DNA of 32,000 nt from Trichlorobacter lovleyi SZ (GTDB lineage Bacteria; Desulfobacterota; Desulfuromonadia; Geobacterales; Pseudopelobacteraceae), in NCBI RefSeq assembly GCF_000020385.1, contig NC_010814.1:3540001-3572000 (forward strand), given 5' to 3'. Below, piece after piece: positions 26,988 through 32,000 of this stretch (its first letter is position 1; every line of letters starts with the position of its first letter). The position numbers and the translations under genes were made by a program. Under the pieces are notes generated by a model. That model had not been told where the DNA came from. It saw only the letters and a program-made list of their open reading frames with translations, and did not search any database.

Positions 26988-27113
26988 ATTCCAGTTTTAT
27001 AGCAAGGATGAAATCAAGGCGGCAAGGAGGTTGCGACGCAGGCGTATATGACAATACGTCGAGGAGCAACCGACGAAGCCAACGCAGATAGCGCCTTGAT
27101 AGAAAATTGGAAT
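26988..27113. repeat. 126-nt structured imperfect palindrome between convergent genes
   Basis: The outer arms ATTCCAGTTTTATAGCAAGG (26988-27007) and CCTTGATAGAAAATTGGAAT (27094-27113) are inverted repeats matching at 17 of 20 positions. An inner perfect 9-bp pair joins ATCAAGGCG (27013-21) and CGCCTTGAT (27092-27100). GGTTGC/GCAACC and CGTAT/ATACG helices lie inside. CAAGG occurs 3 times on the left side. Confidence 0.4.
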
Positions 27114-28954
27114 CACAAGCCCTGGCGGATCTGATACATCTCCTCCAGATCCAACCCGTTCTGCTCATAGTACTCCCGCTCCAGCTCCTCGACATAGAAA
27201 CGGTCCAACCCGGCATTGGCCAGAAAGTCCTCCCTCAGGTGCGCATTTTTCTCAGCAATAATGGTTGGCAACAGAGACTGCAGGTAGACCGCTTCCTTCT
27301 GGATTGTAGTAACTGTTTCCTGAAAAACATGGTCCGGCAGGTCTACGGCCAGTTTTTTACGGGCCTTTAACTCTTCCAGCACTTCTCGGCGCAGCACATC
27401 CTGCTCCGCCTTGGTGCCATAACTTGAATAGAAGTTTCGTACCCGATGCCGTACCAGTTCAAGCACCATCAGATAGAGCCGTTCCTCCTGATCAACGGCA
27501 ATCAGGCGACTGTGCAGCGCCTCAAGTGTCTGCTGGTCCTCCTGCACCAGAGGCAGGCCCTCCATCAGGGCCGTCATCTTCATCCGCCCAAAGCGCCCCA
27601 GGTAGGGGTTTTCAAACAATTCCTTCACAAACAGCTCTTCAAAACAGCCGGGCTCCAGATTTTCAAAGGCGGCACGATGTTCCAGCAGGCCCTGCAGCAT
27701 CTCTTCGGTTATGCGCACATTTTCCATGAAAGCCAACTGCCCGATCAGAGACAGGGTACTGTCCAGCCGGTCAAGATAGGTAATCACATAGGAAAACCCC
27801 TCCAACAAGGCAGGGTCGGCACCATCCCTGATTTTTTCGTCACAGGTACGACTGAAATCCAGCATCAGCTGATCAAAATGATGGTCTCGGGCGGCAATTG
27901 CCCATTTTTTTGCCTTGATCAGGGTCAGCATATCGTCCCGATCAATGGAGCTGTCAATCTCTTGCTGATGCAGGAAGAACCCCTCCAGAATCTGGCGGGT
28001 CTGGGCAATGTAGTCGGCCTCCTCACGGGCCTCCTTCAGGTTGCGGCCCTTCTTCAGCAGTTCGTCGAGGGTAAAGAAGAGGGCACCGGGGATCTTGTTG
28101 CGTACGGAGAGCGCCTTCAAGCGATTCAAACGGGCATTTTCCAGTGTGCTGATCTCGCCCCTGGCAGTACAGCCGATCAGGATACTGCGGTATTCATCAA
28201 CAATCCGGCGGTTCAACGGATGACGGTACATCACATCAATCCGCATCCGCTCCTGCTGATAACGGTCAATCTGATGGCCACTTGCCAGGCTCATCAAACG
28301 GGCAAAATCATCATCGGCAATCTTTTTCGAACGGAAATACAGTGAACGGAACAGGTCGCGATAGGCCTTGTGGCGCGTATTGATCAGCTTGATAATAAAC
28401 AGCTGGGCACCTTCATCCTGCAACAGCGGAAACAACTCGTCAACCAGCAGGTCGTCGCGTTCTTCACCTACTGCCGGGGTACGTTTCAGGGTCTTGCCCA
28501 GCAGGCGGACCAGCTCCTGCTGTTGCTCGCCCAGCTTGCGGGAAAGTCTGGGAGAATGGACGCAGAAAAAATAGTTGCAGACCGCATTTCCTTCAAAAAA
28601 AATGGTGTCGTAGGATTCATGCCCACTGGTCTGTTCACTGAAGTGAAGGCCTCCCCCCTCTTCCTCAAGGCAGGCACCGTTCATGACCAGACGGTTGATG
28701 ATCTCTGTCTTGGTCAGGTCGGAAGTGGGTTGTTCCACCCCGAACATATATTCGCAGAAATGACCGCCGTTCCCCTCAAAGCGGATCCCTTTCTGGCCCA
28801 GGACAAATTCGTTGCCGGGCGAAAAGATTCGCAGCTCATCAGCTTCCTGCACAATATTGAAAAAATAGCGCTGGTAGGCCTCGGTGCCCACCACCAGCAC
28901 AAAATACTCGATCCCGTTAGCAAGCTGGCCATGGAGGCGTATATCTTTCTGCAT
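27113..28954 (-). CDS. Hypothetical 613-aa cytoplasmic protein (beta-rich ~150-aa N-domain + long acidic helical region); no motif recognised
   Basis: Long ORF with a GGGGGGAG SD, 68 nt downstream of the MBL gene on the same strand. No signal peptide, TM segment, Walker A or other catalytic signature is visible. Coding-like composition. Confidence 0.7.
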   Translation of the reverse strand: MQKDIRLHGQLANGIEYFVLVVGTEAYQRYFFNIVQEADELRIFSPGNEFVLGQKGIRFEGNGGHFCEYMFGVEQPTSDLTKTEIINRLVMNGACLEEEGGGLHFSEQTSGHESYDTIFFEGNAVCNYFFCVHSPRLSRKLGEQQQELVRLLGKTLKRTPAVGEERDDLLVDELFPLLQDEGAQLFIIKLINTRHKAYRDLFRSLYFRSKKIADDDFARLMSLASGHQIDRYQQERMRIDVMYRHPLNRRIVDEYRSILIGCTARGEISTLENARLNRLKALSVRNKIPGALFFTLDELLKKGRNLKEAREEADYIAQTRQILEGFFLHQQEIDSSIDRDDMLTLIKAKKWAIAARDHHFDQLMLDFSRTCDEKIRDGADPALLEGFSYVITYLDRLDSTLSLIGQLAFMENVRITEEMLQGLLEHRAAFENLEPGCFEELFVKELFENPYLGRFGRMKMTALMEGLPLVQEDQQTLEALHSRLIAVDQEERLYLMVLELVRHRVRNFYSSYGTKAEQDVLRREVLEELKARKKLAVDLPDHVFQETVTTIQKEAVYLQSLLPTIIAEKNAHLREDFLANAGLDRFYVEELEREYYEQNGLDLEEMYQIRQGL

Positions 28955-29022
28955 GCTGAACTCCCCCCAGTTTCAGATCGAGGATGCTGTCAAGGCGACC
29001 GGACAGTATCGCGACATGGGAC

Positions 29023-29784
29023 TCAGCGTTCCAGCTCGAAGTTCATGCCGTCATATGCGAATTCAACACCGTTCGGCAGCCGACGCTCATCTGCGTGGCG
29101 CACCTCGTGGGTCAGGTGGGTCAGGATCATGCGCCGCACCCCCAGTTCTCTGAGCGCAGCAATGGCCCCTTCAATATTAAAGTGAAAAGGATGGGGCGAC
29201 CAGCGCAGACCGTCAACCACTACTGTAGCAACTCCCTGCAACAATGCAAGTGATGCCGGTGGAATTGCACTGCAGTCAGTCAGATAAGCAAAAGAACCGA
29301 TCCGGTAGCCACAGGAGCCATCAACACCATGCTCCAGCGGAACCGGCAGCACCTGCAGCCCGAACAGATCAAAGGGACCGCCGGTCACCCTGGCCTCCAG
29401 AAGCGGGGGATGAGTGGCACCCTTCTCTTGATGGAAGACATAGCCAAATCCGCTCAACAGGCGTTCCATGGTGGCCGGGCAGGCATAACAGGGGATCACC
29501 TGACGGTGCAGAAAATAAAAACCTCGCAGGTCATCGATACCATTGACATGGTCGGCATGGGCATGGGTAAACAGCACCGCATCAATCTGCGGTACCATCT
29601 CACGCAGCATCTGGCTGCGCAGATCAGTTGAACTGTCCACCAGGATGTTCTTTCCGGCATGACGAATCAGCAGTGACGCCCTGCTGCGGCGATCGCGCGG
29701 GTCGGAAGAGCTGCAGACCGGACAGCTGCAGCCAACCATGGGAACTCCGGTGGAAGTTCCACTGCCAAGGACAATAATCTTCAT
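29023..29784 (-). CDS. MBL-fold metallo-hydrolase, PhnP-like subgroup
   Basis: 253 aa. HAHADH motif (LFTHAHADHVNGIDD), an N-terminal Cys knuckle GCSCPVCSS as in PhnP-type phosphodiesterases, and downstream His/Asp ligands (LEHG.., THLTHE). Confidence 0.85.
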   Translation of the reverse strand: MKIIVLGSGTSTGVPMVGCSCPVCSSSDPRDRRSRASLLIRHAGKNILVDSSTDLRSQMLREMVPQIDAVLFTHAHADHVNGIDDLRGFYFLHRQVIPCYACPATMERLLSGFGYVFHQEKGATHPPLLEARVTGGPFDLFGLQVLPVPLEHGVDGSCGYRIGSFAYLTDCSAIPPASLALLQGVATVVVDGLRWSPHPFHFNIEGAIAALRELGVRRMILTHLTHEVRHADERRLPNGVEFAYDGMNFELER

Positions 29785-29793
29785 AGGTCAGGC

Positions 29794-29822
29794 AGAATAC
29801 CAGATGGCCTTGACGCAGGCAA
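29794..29822 (-). promoter_or_regulatory. Sigma-70-like promoter for the MBL / 613-aa operon (very short leader)
   Basis: The minus strand reads TTGCCT, 17-nt spacer, TATTCT, then 9 nt, then the ATG (29784). No SD. Confidence 0.3.
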
Positions 29823-29836
29823 GGCGGTTTTCCCCC

Positions 29837-29865
29837 TTGCATCAACTCCGGTCAGCCGCCATAAT
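29837..29865 (+). promoter_or_regulatory. Sigma-70-like promoter for the GT4 gene (predicted leaderless)
   Basis: TTGCAT (29837-42), 17-nt spacer, CATAAT (29860-65), then 6 nt, then the ATG (29872). No SD. Confidence 0.35.
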
Positions 29866-29871
29866 GTCACC

Positions 29872-30903
29872 ATGCGCATTGCACTTTTCTGTCCCTTTAC
29901 CCAGGGCCCTACCCGGGGAAACATTACCAGCGTGCAGCGAATAGCACGGCATTTGCAGCTCAACGGCAACCAGGTTGACCTGATCCCCCTTGACGCCCCT
30001 GACCGTTCCCTCTGCCTGCAGCGGCTGATTGCAGCACCACCAGACCTGCTGCATGCCTTCCATGCCTTTCACGCCGGACCAATAACCCGCAGTATGGCAC
30101 ACACGCTTGGAGTTCCGTATCTGATCACCCTAACCGGCAGCGACCTGTTTGACCCAGCCTTGCGAGATCACCCCGAAACCCTGCTGGCCCTCAACGATGC
30201 GACCAGCATTACCTGCTTTGACCACTTGGTGGCAGAACTTGCAACCCAGACATTCCCTCGGATTGCCGGCAAGCTGGTGGTGATCCCCCAAGGGGTTGAA
30301 CCCTTTGCGGTTCCTGTCGCAGCGGAACGGACTACTGACCGTTTTTGCATCCTGCTGCCTGCAGCACTGCGGCCGGTCAAGGGGATCGACTACGCCATCA
30401 CTCACCTGGCTCCGCTTGCAGCAGAGCGGCCCGAGCTGCGGCTCTGGATTGCCGGCGGGAGCCTTGACGACACGTATACTGAAGCAATAGAGAGGCAAGC
30501 AGCCGGGCTGCCATGGGTAAAACTGTTAGGCGAGATCCCCCATCAGGAGATGGGAGCTCTCTATGCCGTTGCGGATCTGGTGCTGAACAGTTCGCAGTTT
30601 GAGGGGGGAATGGCTAACGCCCTGCTGGAAGCCATGGCAATGGCAAAACCGGTACTGGCCCGTGATGTACCGGGCAACCGCTCACTGATCCACCATGGCA
30701 GGACCGGCTGGCTCTACCGGGACGGCAGCGACTTATGCAACCAGACCAGACAACTGATGGATGATCCGGCACTGCGGGACACTGTTGCGCGTCAAGCCCG
30801 GCAGCATGTTCTGACGCAGTACTCTCCGCAACAGGAGGCCGGTTTACTGATCCGGCTTTACCACTCTCTGCTGCCTGCCCCTGGCAGCGGTGGAGCAAAA
30901 TAA
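29872..30903 (+). CDS. Family 4 (GT-B) glycosyltransferase
   Basis: 343 aa. MRIALFCPF start, and a C-terminal E-x7-E region FEGGMANALLEAMAMAKPVLARDVPGNRSLI typical of GT4/GT1 retaining transferases. Confidence 0.85.
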   Translation: MRIALFCPFTQGPTRGNITSVQRIARHLQLNGNQVDLIPLDAPDRSLCLQRLIAAPPDLLHAFHAFHAGPITRSMAHTLGVPYLITLTGSDLFDPALRDHPETLLALNDATSITCFDHLVAELATQTFPRIAGKLVVIPQGVEPFAVPVAAERTTDRFCILLPAALRPVKGIDYAITHLAPLAAERPELRLWIAGGSLDDTYTEAIERQAAGLPWVKLLGEIPHQEMGALYAVADLVLNSSQFEGGMANALLEAMAMAKPVLARDVPGNRSLIHHGRTGWLYRDGSDLCNQTRQLMDDPALRDTVARQARQHVLTQYSPQQEAGLLIRLYHSLLPAPGSGGAK

Positions 30904-30929
30904 AAACGGGGAGCAGCAGCCCCCCGTTT
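30904..30929. terminator. Bidirectional intrinsic terminator between GT4 and the OMP gene
   Basis: AAACGGGG-loop-CCCCGTTT. It has an A-run upstream and a T-run downstream, and the minus strand reads ...CCCCGTTTTTA. Confidence 0.65.
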
Positions 30930-30960
30930 GTTCCTGCAGTATAGACCAACCTATACAGTC

Positions 30961-31722
30961 CTAGAAGTTGATGTCCAGTTGGGTAGTAAAGGTCGGTTTG
31001 CCGCCGTACAGGGTCTTCTGGAAGGGGTTGTAGAAGTTTGCGCCAACCAGCACAGAGACGTTTGGCGTAAAGGCCCAGGAAGCACCTGCAGAAAGCGCAC
31101 TGTAGTAGTTATTGCCGCCCATGTAGTCTACTGCCATCCAGAGTTTGTCAGAGATCTCACTCATGGTCCGGTCCCAGGAAACCAGCACGCCATTGTTGTA
31201 CTTATGGCCCAGGTTTTTCTCTGCCCCATTGTAACCACCTGCTGAAAGACGCCCAACTACCGGCAGGGTCTTGGCCACAAGTCCATACGCAACGTTGGAC
31301 ATGGTGTTGCCGGAAAGCCCGCGATCAAACGTACCGATACCATACATACCTGCAGCTAACGCCGGCATGCCTTTGAAGAAGGCATCTTCAGGAATGGCGC
31401 CTTTAAAGTTAAAGTAGATGGGATGCTTGCTGGCAATTGAATCATTGCCCTGAAGCCCGTCCGTCATGTAATCGACACCGATTTCCAGCTTGAATTTTTC
31501 AAAAGGGAGTACACCTACGGTCACACCGGCATCATAGGTATTAGCACCGGCATCGTTGGCATTCGAAAAACGGATATAGTTATCAATACTGATGTTGACC
31601 TCTTTGAAGCCTTTGGCATCGGTGGACGGAATCCAGATTTGTCCTGACGGTGTGGCCAGGGCTGCGGTAGCACAGGACAGGGTCAGGGCTGCTGCCAGGA
31701 TCATGCTGCGAACTGATTTCAT
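30961..31722 (-). CDS. Small outer-membrane beta-barrel protein (253 aa)
   Basis: Signal peptide MKSVRSMILAAALTLSCATAALA. Alternating aromatic/Gly-rich beta-strand pattern and a C-terminal ...TTQLDINF (terminal Phe). Strong GGAGGAG SD. Confidence 0.7.
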   Translation of the reverse strand: MKSVRSMILAAALTLSCATAALATPSGQIWIPSTDAKGFKEVNISIDNYIRFSNANDAGANTYDAGVTVGVLPFEKFKLEIGVDYMTDGLQGNDSIASKHPIYFNFKGAIPEDAFFKGMPALAAGMYGIGTFDRGLSGNTMSNVAYGLVAKTLPVVGRLSAGGYNGAEKNLGHKYNNGVLVSWDRTMSEISDKLWMAVDYMGGNNYYSALSAGASWAFTPNVSVLVGANFYNPFQKTLYGGKPTFTTQLDINF

Positions 31723-31972
31723 AAGTACTCCTCCTATGGGGGGTGATTGGCACCTGCATAAAGCGGATCAAATGCGCCGTTGTTGACATTGCTGTAACAG
31801 TAAGCGTGCCAATAATGAGCACAAATTTGGTTGCAGTTGTTTGGCATTTGATTACAATAGGTTACAAACAGGAGCAATTGGAACCTGATGCACTTAATCG
31901 CACCACGCCCATGCAACATGACCATTTATTCAGCATTTCGTGCCCTATTGTGCAGCACCCAGGAGTTAGACC

Positions 31973-32000
31973 ATGCCCAACTATCTTGCATTTGCCAGTG
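31973..32000 (+). CDS. Possible start of a gene running off the right edge
   Basis: AGGAG SD, 6 nt, then ATG CCC AAC TAT CTT (MPNYLAFAS...). Only 9 codons are visible, so this cannot be assessed further. Confidence 0.2.

Noticed and set aside
27446-29185. Long + strand ORFs (299 aa at 27446-28345; 271 aa at 28370-29185) opposite the 613-aa gene
   Set aside because: They are antisense shadow ORFs typical of GC-rich DNA. They have no SD and a Gln/Leu/Gly/Pro-biased composition, whereas the minus-strand frame is uninterrupted for 613 codons with a strong SD.
31723-31972. Looked for a GEMM-I/c-di-GMP riboswitch upstream of the OMP gene and of the GGDEF-EAL genes (also 21653-21806)
   Set aside because: I could not find the conserved GEMM elements (GGGCAAACC... 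/ ...ACGCAAAGC with GNRA tetraloop and receptor) on either strand.
1-32000. Searched for CRISPR repeats, IS elements, integrases, toxin-antitoxin pairs, restriction-modification or other recognisable defence genes, tRNA and rRNA
   Set aside because: None seen. All large ORFs are explained by housekeeping, chemotaxis, c-di-GMP or envelope functions, and there are no regularly spaced direct repeats.

Overview
This looks like a core-chromosome window from a GC-rich Gram-negative genome. Gene content (several che modules, many GGDEF/EAL proteins, a Leu T-box ahead of leuA) suggests a Geobacter/Pelobacter-type (Desulfuromonadales) organism; that is inference only. I saw no transposase, integrase, phage gene, CRISPR array, tRNA or rRNA. 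Layout: (i) 1-3686, minus-strand chemotaxis operon MCP-CheY-CheX-CheX/receiver hybrid, with the last gene cut by the left edge. (ii) 3789-4739, DUF523/DUF1722 protein. (iii) 4846-8381, tightly overlapping CheY-CheC-PAS/GGDEF-CheA operon. (iv) 8434-16140, minus-strand block of dapF, alpha-glucan phosphorylase, FliK-like, FlhB-C-terminal-like, phosphoglucomutase and a small membrane ORF. (v) 16286-18756, gamma-carbonic-anhydrase-like gene and a T-box-controlled leuA. (vi) 18794-31722, a signalling/envelope block: a triple-GAF sigma-54 activator, two tandem paralogous PAS-GGDEF-EAL proteins, a 126-nt structured palindromic element, an operon of a PhnP-like MBL hydrolase plus a 613-aa protein with no motif I recognise, a divergent GT4 glycosyltransferase, and a small beta-barrel outer-membrane protein. 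The best candidates for an uncharacterised system are: (a) the MBL hydrolase / 613-aa orphan / GT4 module with the nearby sigma-54 GAF activator; (b) the Che-type phosphorelay operon with an embedded receiver-less diguanylate cyclase; (c) the FliK-like (three internal modules) / FlhB-C-terminal-like pair inside a glycogen-catabolism gene string. All functional calls come from reading motifs in the supplied translations; no database search was possible.
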